In this document: piece by piece, positions 50,548 to 59,786 of the stretch
Position numbering within the stretch: position 1 is the stretch's first letter
Layout of the letters: the number at the start of each line of letters is the position of its first letter
Assembly: GCA_938075585.1 (NCBI GenBank)
Contig: CALJHG010000054.1
Location: forward strand, 49,834 to 113,833
Reading direction: 5' to 3'
DNA: 64,000 nt
Source of the DNA: an uncultured Gammaproteobacteria bacterium
GTDB lineage: Bacteria > Pseudomonadota > Gammaproteobacteria > Ga0077536
The notes under the pieces: model-generated
Told to the model about the DNA's origin: nothing
The model's database searches: none
Seen by the model: only the letters and a program-made list of their open reading frames with translations
Position numbers and translations under genes: made by a program

Positions 50548-51498
50548 ATGAAAATAAGCGATCCCAAAAAAAAGCAGCTTTCTATGGATTTCTGTGGATT
50601 GAGCCTTAGTTCGCCACTTGTTCTGCTTTCTGGGTGCGTTGGATTTGGAGAAGAGTATACACGCGTAGAGGGGTTCTCCAACAGAGACGTGGGTGCAATC
50701 TGTTTAAAAGGAACAACTCTCGAGCCTCGTGTCGGAAATAGACCGCAGAGAATTTATGAGACGGATAGTGGAATGTTAAACGCGATTGGACTTCAGAACC
50801 CCGGGGCAAAGTACGTGGTGGAAAATATATTACCGCAATTAGATTTCAGTGAAACAGCCTTTATTGCGAATGTTTCAGGATCATCAATTGAAGAATATGC
50901 TGCTGTGACAAGAATATTTAATAATTCGGCGATAGACGCAATAGAGATCAATATTTCTTGCCCCAACGTTAAGGAAGGAGGTGTAGCTTTTGGGAACGAT
51001 CCAGAAACATCTGCCCGGGTTGTAGAGGTATGTCGGGCGGTTACTGACAAGCCCATCATAACAAAGTTATCACCCAATCAAACTAGTATTGGCGAAAATG
51101 CGAAACGGTGTATTGAGGCAGGTACTGATGCATTATCTGTTATTAATACAGTAATGGGTATGGCCATTGATATTGAAAAAAAGATTCCGGTGATCGCTAA
51201 CAATCAGGGAGGCATGTCAGGTCCAGCCATAAAACCGTTGGCTCTCCTTAAAGTTCACGAGGTTTATCAAGTGTCCCGCGAGCACAGAGTCCCAATTATA
51301 GGTCAAGGGGGAATCATATCGGCATCTGACGCCATCGAGTTCTTATTGGCAGGCGCAAGCGCGGTAGGTATTGGAACTGGTCTGTTTTACGATCCTTTGA
51401 TGTGTAAAGAGGTGAATCAAGGGATTGCTGAATACATGGGACGTCACGATTTTTCCTCAGTGTCAGAGATTACTGGTAAACTCGAGATGTTCGATTAA
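50548..51498 (+). CDS. dihydroorotate dehydrogenase, class 1 (PyrDB-like catalytic subunit), no adjacent pyrK
   Basis: 316 aa. It is near-collinear with Bacillus PyrDB, for example SGCVGFGEEY, ATTLEPRVGN, GMLNAIGLQNPG, NISCPNVKEGGVAFG (catalytic Cys), GLSGPAIKP and LLAGASAVGIGT. Confidence 0.75.
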   Translation: MKISDPKKKQLSMDFCGLSLSSPLVLLSGCVGFGEEYTRVEGFSNRDVGAICLKGTTLEPRVGNRPQRIYETDSGMLNAIGLQNPGAKYVVENILPQLDFSETAFIANVSGSSIEEYAAVTRIFNNSAIDAIEINISCPNVKEGGVAFGNDPETSARVVEVCRAVTDKPIITKLSPNQTSIGENAKRCIEAGTDALSVINTVMGMAIDIEKKIPVIANNQGGMSGPAIKPLALLKVHEVYQVSREHRVPIIGQGGIISASDAIEFLLAGASAVGIGTGLFYDPLMCKEVNQGIAEYMGRHDFSSVSEITGKLEMFD

Positions 51499-51499
51499 C

Positions 51500-52954
51500 T
51501 TAGGCTCTCCAAAAAGAAGGAGTCAGTATTACGAGAAGTGTAAAAATCTCTAAACGACCAAGGAGCATTGCAAGACAAAGAAGTGATTTCGCTGTTGGAG
51601 AAATGTTTCCATAGTGTTCGGCAACAGAGCCTAGTCCAGGGCCCAGATTGTTTAGGCAGGCTGCCACCGCTGAAAACGAGGTGATGGGGTCCAATCCGGT
51701 GACCATCAAAGCGAGCATAAGCAGTATGAAGACTACTACATAGGCTGCAAAAAACCCCCAGACTGCCTCAATAACGCGACTGCTTACCGCTCTATTACCC
51801 ATCCTGATTTTAAGAACAGCATTAGGATGTATGAGTCGCTGAATTTCACGGATGCCTTGTTTATAAAGTAGTAAGCAGCGAACTACTTTGATACCTCCAC
51901 CAGTCGAACCCGCGCAACCGCCAACAAAGCTCAAAAAGATTAAAATTAACGGAAAGAATAGGGGCCATTGTTGAAATTGATCCGTACTGAAACCTGCAGT
52001 CGTTCCCATTGAGATTGTTTGGAATAGACTCTTCCTAATTATTGCTGATATATCGGCATCAGCTGCAGAGAGACTGAATAGGCCGATTGAACATACCAAA
52101 AATGCTAGCATAAGGATACTCGCATACGTCACGAACTCACTATCTTTTAGGTAATGATTGACTGATTTCTGCCGCCATGAAAGAAAATGCAGTGTGAAAT
52201 TAACGCCAGCGACAAACATAAAAACTATAGCGACAAGTTCGATCATCGCATTATCGAAATAACCAATGCTCATATTGTGAGTAGAGAAGCCTCCAATCGC
52301 GACGGTCGAAAAACTGTGGGCAACTGCATCGAAAAAAGACATCCCCGCTGCGTAATACGCAACTGCGCAACAGACAGTCAGGCTAAGGTAGATATACCAA
52401 AGCATTTTGGCAGTCTCCTTTATGCGTGGCGTTAGTTTGGATTCTTTCATCGGCCCAGGTGTTTCAGCTCGGTATAATTGCATTCCACCAACCCCAAGCA
52501 TTGGTAATACCGCGACGGCTAGCACTATAATTCCCATTCCCCCGAGCCACTGGAGGAATTGTCTATAAAAAAGAAGCGATGGAACGACTTCGTCTATATC
52601 TCTAAGAACAGTAGCCCCTGTTGTGGTTAGCCCTGATATCGATTCAAAAATTGAGTCGATTATGGACATTTTCGGATCCTGAACAGCGAGAAACGGAATC
52701 GATCCGCACAGGCCAAGTACTAGCCAAAAAAGAACCACTATGATGAACCCGTCTCTTAGACGAAGTTCACCCGAAAAATTTTTTACGGGGAGCCACATTA
52801 ACGCTCCTGCAACTAGCGTGACCGTTATAGCGATTAGAAATGCGTTATGCGCGCCATCAGCGAGAACTATTGATACTATTAAAGACGGAAGGATAGTGAT
52901 ACTGAAAAGCGCGAGAAGTAACCCTAACACTTTTTGTATTATTTTGAGGCGCAT
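51500..52954 (-). CDS. trkH: potassium uptake protein TrkH
   Basis: 484 aa polytopic TrkH/KtrB family protein. Confidence 0.88.
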   Translation of the reverse strand: MRLKIIQKVLGLLLALFSITILPSLIVSIVLADGAHNAFLIAITVTLVAGALMWLPVKNFSGELRLRDGFIIVVLFWLVLGLCGSIPFLAVQDPKMSIIDSIFESISGLTTTGATVLRDIDEVVPSLLFYRQFLQWLGGMGIIVLAVAVLPMLGVGGMQLYRAETPGPMKESKLTPRIKETAKMLWYIYLSLTVCCAVAYYAAGMSFFDAVAHSFSTVAIGGFSTHNMSIGYFDNAMIELVAIVFMFVAGVNFTLHFLSWRQKSVNHYLKDSEFVTYASILMLAFLVCSIGLFSLSAADADISAIIRKSLFQTISMGTTAGFSTDQFQQWPLFFPLILIFLSFVGGCAGSTGGGIKVVRCLLLYKQGIREIQRLIHPNAVLKIRMGNRAVSSRVIEAVWGFFAAYVVVFILLMLALMVTGLDPITSFSAVAACLNNLGPGLGSVAEHYGNISPTAKSLLCLAMLLGRLEIFTLLVILTPSFWRA

Positions 52955-52959
52955 ATTCT

Positions 52960-54333
52960 CTAAGCGGATGTCGTGTTTACTTGAAACAATTTTTCGACAT
53001 CACTAACTCGCCTTTTGTCGGTGACTACTAAAATCACGTGATCCTCAGATTTTATAACTGTATCGTGATGTACCATTATCACATCATCTTCTCGGACGAT
53101 TGCACCGATGACAACGCCCGAGGGTAGATTTATATCGTCTACTTGTTTACCTATTACATGACTGGTTCGGGCATCGCCGTGCGCGACAGCTTCCATTGCT
53201 TCGGCAGCTCCTCTCCGAAGAGAGTGTACTTTTACGACATCACCCTGTCTTATATGAGCCAGCAAGCTGCCAATAGTTGCTTGTTGGGGCGAGATAGCGA
53301 TATCAATGCTGTCTCTTTGTACTAGGTCGACGTAAGCCGCCCTATTTATTAGAGACATGACCGTTTTGGCTCCCAGACGTTTTGCCAACATTGATGATAT
53401 TATATTGGCCTCGTCGGCATTGGTTAAGGCACAGAAAACGTCTGTATTTTCAATGTTTTCTTCTCTCAGGAGGTCTTCGTCCGCCGCGTCACCTAGTAGT
53501 ACGAATGCATGCTTGAAATCCTCGGTGATGTCGTTCGCGCGTGCTGCATTACTTTCTATTATTTTTATGCTGCATGTATTTTCGAGTGCCATGGCCAGTT
53601 GGCGTCCAATATTCCCGCCACCGGCGATTATGACATTACGATGGGGGCCATCTAGCTTTCTGAATTCACTCATAACCGCTTTGATATGTTTGGGCGCTGC
53701 GATAAAAAAAACATCGTCACCAGCCTCGATTACAGTTTCACCAGTTGGGATAATTACATCATTTCGTCGGAATATTGCCGCAATTCTTGTATCGATACCT
53801 CGTAACTGTTGGGGAAGCTCGGCTAGTCGGTGACCTACCAAAGGCCCTCCATAGAAAGCTCTGGCAGCCACTAGCTGTACTTTTCCTTCCGCAAAGTCCA
53901 GTACCTGCAAGGATCCAGGAAACTCTATTAGATTTTTTATATACGCTGTAACCTCTTTCTCAGGGCTTATTATCACATCTATAGGGAAGGCATCGTCCCC
54001 GAAGAGTTGTTTTTCTTTTTGGTACTGGTTCGCCCTAACACGAGCAATTTTTGTCGGAGTACCGAAGAGAGTGTACGCAATTTGACACGCCACTATATTA
54101 GTTTCATCGCTATTTGTTATAGCAATAATCATGTCAGCGTCTTTGGCGCCTGCTTGTGCTAGTACTTCAGGGTGCGAGCCATGTCCAACGACTGTTCTTA
54201 GATCATACCGATCTTGGAGGTGTTGAAGCACCAAGGGGTTTTGATCGACTACCGTTATATCGTTAGGTTCGCTGCAAAGGTTTGCCGCTAAGGATGATCC
54301 GACTTGTCCTGCCCCTAGAATTATTATTTTCAC
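52960..54333 (-). CDS. trkA: potassium uptake regulatory protein TrkA (GTG start)
   Basis: 457 aa with tandem RCK N/C domains (IILGAGQVGSSLA; IIAGGGNIGRQLA). Confidence 0.9.
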   Translation of the reverse strand: MKIIILGAGQVGSSLAANLCSEPNDITVVDQNPLVLQHLQDRYDLRTVVGHGSHPEVLAQAGAKDADMIIAITNSDETNIVACQIAYTLFGTPTKIARVRANQYQKEKQLFGDDAFPIDVIISPEKEVTAYIKNLIEFPGSLQVLDFAEGKVQLVAARAFYGGPLVGHRLAELPQQLRGIDTRIAAIFRRNDVIIPTGETVIEAGDDVFFIAAPKHIKAVMSEFRKLDGPHRNVIIAGGGNIGRQLAMALENTCSIKIIESNAARANDITEDFKHAFVLLGDAADEDLLREENIENTDVFCALTNADEANIISSMLAKRLGAKTVMSLINRAAYVDLVQRDSIDIAISPQQATIGSLLAHIRQGDVVKVHSLRRGAAEAMEAVAHGDARTSHVIGKQVDDINLPSGVVIGAIVREDDVIMVHHDTVIKSEDHVILVVTDKRRVSDVEKLFQVNTTSA

Positions 54334-55706
54334 GGCCGCTTATTTTCTTTCAGTTGCTTTGGGTCAATACCTAGCGCTCTTAATTTTCTATAAAGATGAG
54401 TTCTTTCAATTCCAATATTAGCGGAGACTTGACTTACGCTGTAATTAAATTTTGCCATTTGATGCTCAATATAGCTTTTTTCAAAATTCTCCCTAGCTTC
54501 TCTTAATGGGATATTAAAATCAAACCCGACAGCCTTGTCGGATTTCTTTTGTTTGCTATCTAGCATCAGTTCTATCTCGCTTGCATCAATAGATGTCTCG
54601 TTACCTAATATTAATAAACGTTGAACTAAATTTTTTAATTCTCTGATATTGCCCGGCCATTTGTAATTTTCAAAGATCTCTATGGCTTCGCTAGAAAATT
54701 TGCGAATCGGTAAATTTTCATATTCGTTGAAGTAGCGTAAAAAATATTCTAGAAGTAGTGGTATATCGAGCTTCCTATCTCGCAATGGGGGTACATTAAG
54801 TGGCAAGACATTCAAGTGATAAAATAAATCTTCACGAAACTCCCCCCGAGTTACCTTATCTTTAAGATCTTTACTGGTACTTGCGATTATACGGATATCT
54901 ACATCTACCATCTTTTGGCCTCCTAGTCTCAGGAAGGCTTGATTCTCCAGGGCATTCAATAACCTAGCTTGACTGCTTAGATCCATATCTGAAATACCTT
55001 TAAGAAACAATGTACCGCCATTCGCTAACTCTAGAGAACCAAATCTGATTTTCTCATTTTTTTCACTACCAAAAAATTCTTCCTCCGGATTATCTCTAGC
55101 TAAGGCCGCCACATTTAGACCTACGAACCTCCCCGATGATCTAGGACTATTTTGATGGATGAAACGAGCCAAAGTTTCTTTTCCGGTTCCAGATTCTCCA
55201 GTTAGAAACACGCTAGTTTTGTGGCTTGCAATGCGAAGCGCATCGGCTTTTAAGCCTCGTATACTCTCACTGGAGCCTATAGGTTCATTAGTATCTTCCC
55301 ATCTTTTTCTCAGACCTATATTTTCGGATATCAGCTTAGCTGCTTCTATCGTTCGCTTTACGGTCACCATAATTTTAGCTATCGACAAAGGCTTTTCGAT
55401 AAAGTCGTACGCTCCAAGCTGAGTAGCTTCCACTGCGGTATCAACAGTACCATGGCCAGACATCATGACGACGGGGGCTTGCATTCCTGGTTCTCGTGAC
55501 CATCGTTTGAGTAGCGTAATTCCGTCAGTATCAGGCATCCAAATGTCAAGTAGGATTAAGTCCGGTCTTCTTTTTCTACGAAAATCACTGGCCTGCAATG
55601 CATTTTCCGCAACCGAGACTTCGTACCCTTCATCTTCTAGAATCTCTTTTAGGAGTCCTCGAATATCTGGTTCATCATCAACTACTAAAATATGTCCTAG
55701 GCCCAT
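54330..55706 (-). CDS. NtrC-family response regulator, NtrX-like, with a degenerate sigma-54 activator domain
   Basis: 458 aa. The domain order is REC (VDDEPDIR...D), an AAA+ domain with an intact Walker A (GESGTGKE), then a C-terminal Fis-type HTH. A GAFTGA motif is absent, and Walker B reads GGTLFLKGI instead of GGTLFLDEI. Confidence 0.8.
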   Translation of the reverse strand: MGLGHILVVDDEPDIRGLLKEILEDEGYEVSVAENALQASDFRRKRRPDLILLDIWMPDTDGITLLKRWSREPGMQAPVVMMSGHGTVDTAVEATQLGAYDFIEKPLSIAKIMVTVKRTIEAAKLISENIGLRKRWEDTNEPIGSSESIRGLKADALRIASHKTSVFLTGESGTGKETLARFIHQNSPRSSGRFVGLNVAALARDNPEEEFFGSEKNEKIRFGSLELANGGTLFLKGISDMDLSSQARLLNALENQAFLRLGGQKMVDVDIRIIASTSKDLKDKVTRGEFREDLFYHLNVLPLNVPPLRDRKLDIPLLLEYFLRYFNEYENLPIRKFSSEAIEIFENYKWPGNIRELKNLVQRLLILGNETSIDASEIELMLDSKQKKSDKAVGFDFNIPLREARENFEKSYIEHQMAKFNYSVSQVSANIGIERTHLYRKLRALGIDPKQLKENKRP

Positions 55707-55707
55707 A

Positions 55708-57945
55708 CTACGCTGTTACCTCTAGGGCACTAATAGATTCTATTATCGGGAAGCGCATTGTCACCAAAACTCCTTGATCAGTCTTATTTTTTAATGAGAC
55801 GACTCCATGATGCTCCTCTACTATTTTTTTGACAATCGCCAAGCCTAGTCCGCTACCTTTGTTTTTGTTGGTAACATATGGTTCAAAGATCGAAGGTATC
55901 AGGTCATCAGGTATTCCCGTTCCGTCATCAGCGATTAGTATCTCGAAATAGTTAGACTGTATGTATTCTACTGCTCTTACACTGACGATGATATGACCTC
56001 TGTCAATTTCTGAGGTTGCCTCCAGTGCATTTTTTATGAGGTTATTAAATACTTGGCGAAGCCTGAGTGGGTCCGCGTGCATCTGGGGGATTCCTTTCAT
56101 AATTTCGAGTTCAATTGTCGCTTTAGGGTACGCAGTTTTGAAAAAATCTAATATATCTTCAATTAGGTGTCCTAAATCTACCTCCTCGCGTCTGATTACA
56201 GGAACATTTGCATATTCCGAGAAGGAGTTTACCATTGTCTTCATAGTTTCTACTTGCTGGATAATTGTGCGCGTCAAATGCTCCAGTAATTTGCTATCAG
56301 TCTCCTCTAATTTAGTTAGGTATTTCAGTCGAAGTCGCTCAGTAGCAAGTTGTATCGGTGTTAGAGGGTTTTTAATTTCGTGCGCTAAACGTCTTGCTAC
56401 TTCTGACCAAGCCGCATCTCTTTGCCCTTGTATTATTGCCGTTACGTCTTCGACAACTATAACTAGACTATCTTGCGGAACTCTCTCGTCACTCTTAAGC
56501 TTCGTCCCCTTAAAAATCAGTTCTCTGCTGCCGTCTGCTGCTAAGATCGTACTTTGAGTTTGCCAATCCTCACACCTATCGCTTATTAACGGGATGAGTT
56601 CTTTTTCTAAGATGTTTAAGTGGGGATTGTTTCTACATAACGACTCTATTGTCCCGCCTTTATAATCAACTTGCTGCAAGTCTAGTAATTTGACGGCGGC
56701 AGGATTAAGGGTGGTAATGATATTTTCATTTGTTAGCGCCATAACACCCGAAGAAAGCTGACTTAGCAGAGTATCAAGATACTCTCTTTGCATTTCGACC
56801 TGATTTCTGGCGCGCGCAATACGATTTGTCATAGAGTTGAATGAGCTTACAAGAAATCCAATTTCATCATTACTTTGTACGGGTAAGCTTTTTGTATAAT
56901 CACCGCGTGCTATAGCTGCAGTTCCTGCAGCCAAATCCCTAATTGGGGCTGAGATTCTTCGGGCAGAATAGAAAGCGGCCCATACCGCCGCTGCTATGCT
57001 AAAAAGTAGCACAAGAGTTAACGTCATAGCAAAGCTAAGTGTCAGTTTCTCTCTAAGATAAGAGAGCTCATTATATTGCGCATAAGCTGTTTCTACCCTA
57101 TCTGTAAGGCTATTGATTCTGCTTGGAAATGGGTATATCGCATGGAGAAAATATTGAGATGGTGAGTTTTGATTAACATTGAGTTTGACTGCTATCCTTA
57201 CAAATAAATCGCCGCTCTGACTCGGGTTTAGTCCTATATAACTTTGGCCCTGCATAACTTGAGATTGTATCGACTCGGAAGGCAGGCTAGGTACCAGGTC
57301 GCTTTTCTCACTGCTGGATATTACCAGAGCGTCACCACTCATTATTATAAGTTCTTCAGCTCCGTTTTGTGAACGCATTTGATCGAGTCGACTCGGATTG
57401 GGGATATGTTGGGGATTTAAAAGCGCGGAGGGGCTTTTTAGTGCATCTAAATTTAGGGCGCTAGACTCAGCTGACTGGCGCGACATCTCCTCTGCCATTT
57501 TCTCGGTCTGTCTTAGCAGCTGCCGCGTCCTAAGTTCTAGAGATTCTCTACTTAGTTCGAGTGAGTCAGAGAGGGCGTCTGACACCTGAAGATCGAACCA
57601 GCTGTCTACACCCTTTTTTAAGAAGTCGAGTGAAAATGAGTACACAATCGTTACGGGTACTACTGCTAGAACCGTAAAAATTATCACCATCCTTAGGGTA
57701 AGACGAGCTCCTGCTTCTTTAGCCTTTAATTGTTTTAAGAGCGTAAATATATTAGCGCCGATTAGAATCATTAGGACTAATATTCCGATACTATTGGATA
57801 ATAAAAGTGAGGGGTAGAGTGCCCCAAACTGACTAGAATTCTGGATAGCACCACTCATCAATATTAGTGATCCTAATAAGGATATAATGAGCAGAGTAAC
57901 CAGAAATGAAGCAGTATTTCTTATCCTCATAAGTCTAATTTCCAC
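55708..57945 (-). CDS. sensor histidine kinase, NtrY-like (multi-TM N-terminus, HAMP, PAS, HisKA, HATPase)
   Basis: 745 aa. It has several N-terminal TM helices followed by a HAMP region. The H-box is AHEIKNPLTPI, and C-terminal ATPase G-boxes are present. Confidence 0.8.
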   Translation of the reverse strand: MEIRLMRIRNTASFLVTLLIISLLGSLILMSGAIQNSSQFGALYPSLLLSNSIGILVLMILIGANIFTLLKQLKAKEAGARLTLRMVIIFTVLAVVPVTIVYSFSLDFLKKGVDSWFDLQVSDALSDSLELSRESLELRTRQLLRQTEKMAEEMSRQSAESSALNLDALKSPSALLNPQHIPNPSRLDQMRSQNGAEELIIMSGDALVISSSEKSDLVPSLPSESIQSQVMQGQSYIGLNPSQSGDLFVRIAVKLNVNQNSPSQYFLHAIYPFPSRINSLTDRVETAYAQYNELSYLREKLTLSFAMTLTLVLLFSIAAAVWAAFYSARRISAPIRDLAAGTAAIARGDYTKSLPVQSNDEIGFLVSSFNSMTNRIARARNQVEMQREYLDTLLSQLSSGVMALTNENIITTLNPAAVKLLDLQQVDYKGGTIESLCRNNPHLNILEKELIPLISDRCEDWQTQSTILAADGSRELIFKGTKLKSDERVPQDSLVIVVEDVTAIIQGQRDAAWSEVARRLAHEIKNPLTPIQLATERLRLKYLTKLEETDSKLLEHLTRTIIQQVETMKTMVNSFSEYANVPVIRREEVDLGHLIEDILDFFKTAYPKATIELEIMKGIPQMHADPLRLRQVFNNLIKNALEATSEIDRGHIIVSVRAVEYIQSNYFEILIADDGTGIPDDLIPSIFEPYVTNKNKGSGLGLAIVKKIVEEHHGVVSLKNKTDQGVLVTMRFPIIESISALEVTA

Positions 57946-58502
57946 TTATGTTTTTTACTAGAAATATGCCATTGCGGAGAAATATATGCTAACGGCATCA
58001 TAGGCGCGGGTAGAGCACTTATTTTCAGTTCAAGCTGGATAGCAATAACTAAATTTTTTCTATTTGTTAGTTCCTCTAAGTCTATAACAGCGAGTTTTCT
58101 AATCTGGCCCAGGTTTTGCAGCGCTGCGGTTATAGAATCATGTACTCCCTGGGTATCAGTGATTAAATTTTTAAGCACGTACTTTTTGCTTAATGTATGT
58201 CGTTGCAGGGAATAAGTGTATTTTGTTTTAAATAAATCCCGATCCCACATATATTTTCGATTCCGGAGTATCTCTATATGAAGATCAAAAAATAGGGGTA
58301 CGCCGCTTTCTAATGCTTCGATAGGGTCCTTCGCGAGATCTACCTCCGCATCTGCATTGATACTTAATATGTTATTAGAGAGCTGACCTTCGCTGCTTAA
58401 AATTTTAATATCAGGAGCAGCTATAGCAGAGTGAGAAAATAACGTTGCTGAGCTTATCGAGATACTCAGGATCGCTAGAAATCTATAAATGTGTGTTCTC
58501 AT
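57927..58502 (-). CDS. DUF4390 domain-containing secreted protein
   Basis: 191 aa with a signal peptide. It sits between rsmB and the NtrY-like kinase with overlaps on both sides, the position DUF4390 genes take next to ntrYX in Betaproteobacteria. Confidence 0.6.
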   Translation of the reverse strand: MRTHIYRFLAILSISISSATLFSHSAIAAPDIKILSSEGQLSNNILSINADAEVDLAKDPIEALESGVPLFFDLHIEILRNRKYMWDRDLFKTKYTYSLQRHTLSKKYVLKNLITDTQGVHDSITAALQNLGQIRKLAVIDLEELTNRKNLVIAIQLELKISALPAPMMPLAYISPQWHISSKKHKWKLDL

Positions 58503-59745
58503 TTTTCATCAACAATGAGAAGTAAAAACCGTCCATATTTGATTCGCCTGGAAGAATCTGCATTCCAAATTTTGTTTTGATACCACAGCCAATATTTATA
58601 GTGTTTACCTCGATATTGTTGTTTGTTTTTAGAAGCGTTTCAACCGTACAGTCATTTTCGATACTCAGTATGCTACAAGTCACGTAGAGGAGCTTCCCAC
58701 CTACTTTGAGCAAAGGCCACAAGTTTTTAAGCAAAGAATGTTGAACTGATGTAAGTGATTCTAGGTTATCTAACTCCCGGTGGAATCGAATGTCCGGATG
58801 TCTTCGTATAACTCCCGTTGCTGAACAAGGCGCGTCGACTAAAATACGATCGTAGAGTTTTCCATCCCACCAAGACGACGGGTTTGTAGCATCATCGTGG
58901 AGTATACGACAGTTCATATTTAGCCTATCGAGGTTTTCTCGCAATTTTTTGAGGCGTTTCTTTCCCGAGTCGATCGCTGTTGCCCCATTACCATCTACGT
59001 GCTCTAGCAAGTGAGTTGTTTTACCCCCAGGCGCCGCGCAAGCATCCAGTACACTGTGAGTTTTCTTAATATCCATGAGTTCGATCGCCAACTGAGCGGC
59101 TTCGTCCTGTACGCTGAAATAACCATCTACATAGTGTGGAAGAGTAGTTACGTCAGTAGGTTTTACTATAGTACAACCCTGACTGGAGTGACGAGTAGGA
59201 AATGCTTGTATACCATGCTTTCTAAGGATTTCAAGATAGTGAGCTCTGTTCGAAGTCCTTTTATTCACTCTAATAGTCATAGGAGGATGGTTATTGCTCT
59301 CACACAAAATTTGTTCCCACTCTGACGGCCAGTTACCTTTTATGATATCTACAAGCCAGGTAGGGTGTTCGAAGCCATCAGTTTCCGCTAGCGTAAGTCC
59401 CGATCTAAGGAAATTTCTAGTGACCGCATTTACCAAGCCACAGGCCCATTTTTTTTTCATGTATCTCGCGGCCTCAACATTAACGGAGCTGATCGCGTGA
59501 TCAGGCACATTCATATGTTTTGCTTGATAAAGTGCACTTATAAGGAGCATTTTGATGTCGGAATCTTTAGCTCTTAGGGAGCTATTGAGTAATGAGGATA
59601 GCGTTTTTTCTAGGGAGAAATAGTTTCTAAGAACACCGTAAATGCATGCTTTAATAAATGATAAATCTGAGTTAGATTTTGGTTTAATCGGGAGTCCCTC
59701 GATCGCTACGGGAATAGAGAGGCCTTGATCGATGACTTTTTGCAA
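58483..59745 (-). CDS. rsmB: 16S rRNA (cytosine967-C5)-methyltransferase RsmB (Sun)
   Basis: 420 aa. It has a NusB-like N-domain plus an m5C MTase domain (DACAAPGGKT, PCS and TC catalytic cysteines). Confidence 0.85.
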   Translation of the reverse strand: MQKVIDQGLSIPVAIEGLPIKPKSNSDLSFIKACIYGVLRNYFSLEKTLSSLLNSSLRAKDSDIKMLLISALYQAKHMNVPDHAISSVNVEAARYMKKKWACGLVNAVTRNFLRSGLTLAETDGFEHPTWLVDIIKGNWPSEWEQILCESNNHPPMTIRVNKRTSNRAHYLEILRKHGIQAFPTRHSSQGCTIVKPTDVTTLPHYVDGYFSVQDEAAQLAIELMDIKKTHSVLDACAAPGGKTTHLLEHVDGNGATAIDSGKKRLKKLRENLDRLNMNCRILHDDATNPSSWWDGKLYDRILVDAPCSATGVIRRHPDIRFHRELDNLESLTSVQHSLLKNLWPLLKVGGKLLYVTCSILSIENDCTVETLLKTNNNIEVNTINIGCGIKTKFGMQILPGESNMDGFYFSLLMKNENTHL

Positions 59746-59786
59746 GCAGACTGCAGTGTTTACTCGATTATGGACCGCATTCTTGT

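Noticed and set aside
53357-53833. 158-aa plus-strand ORF inside trkA
   Set aside because: It is antisense to trkA with no family features.
56036-56557. 173-aa plus-strand ORF inside the NtrY-like kinase gene
   Set aside because: It is antisense to a well-supported histidine kinase CDS and is a Ser-rich shadow ORF.
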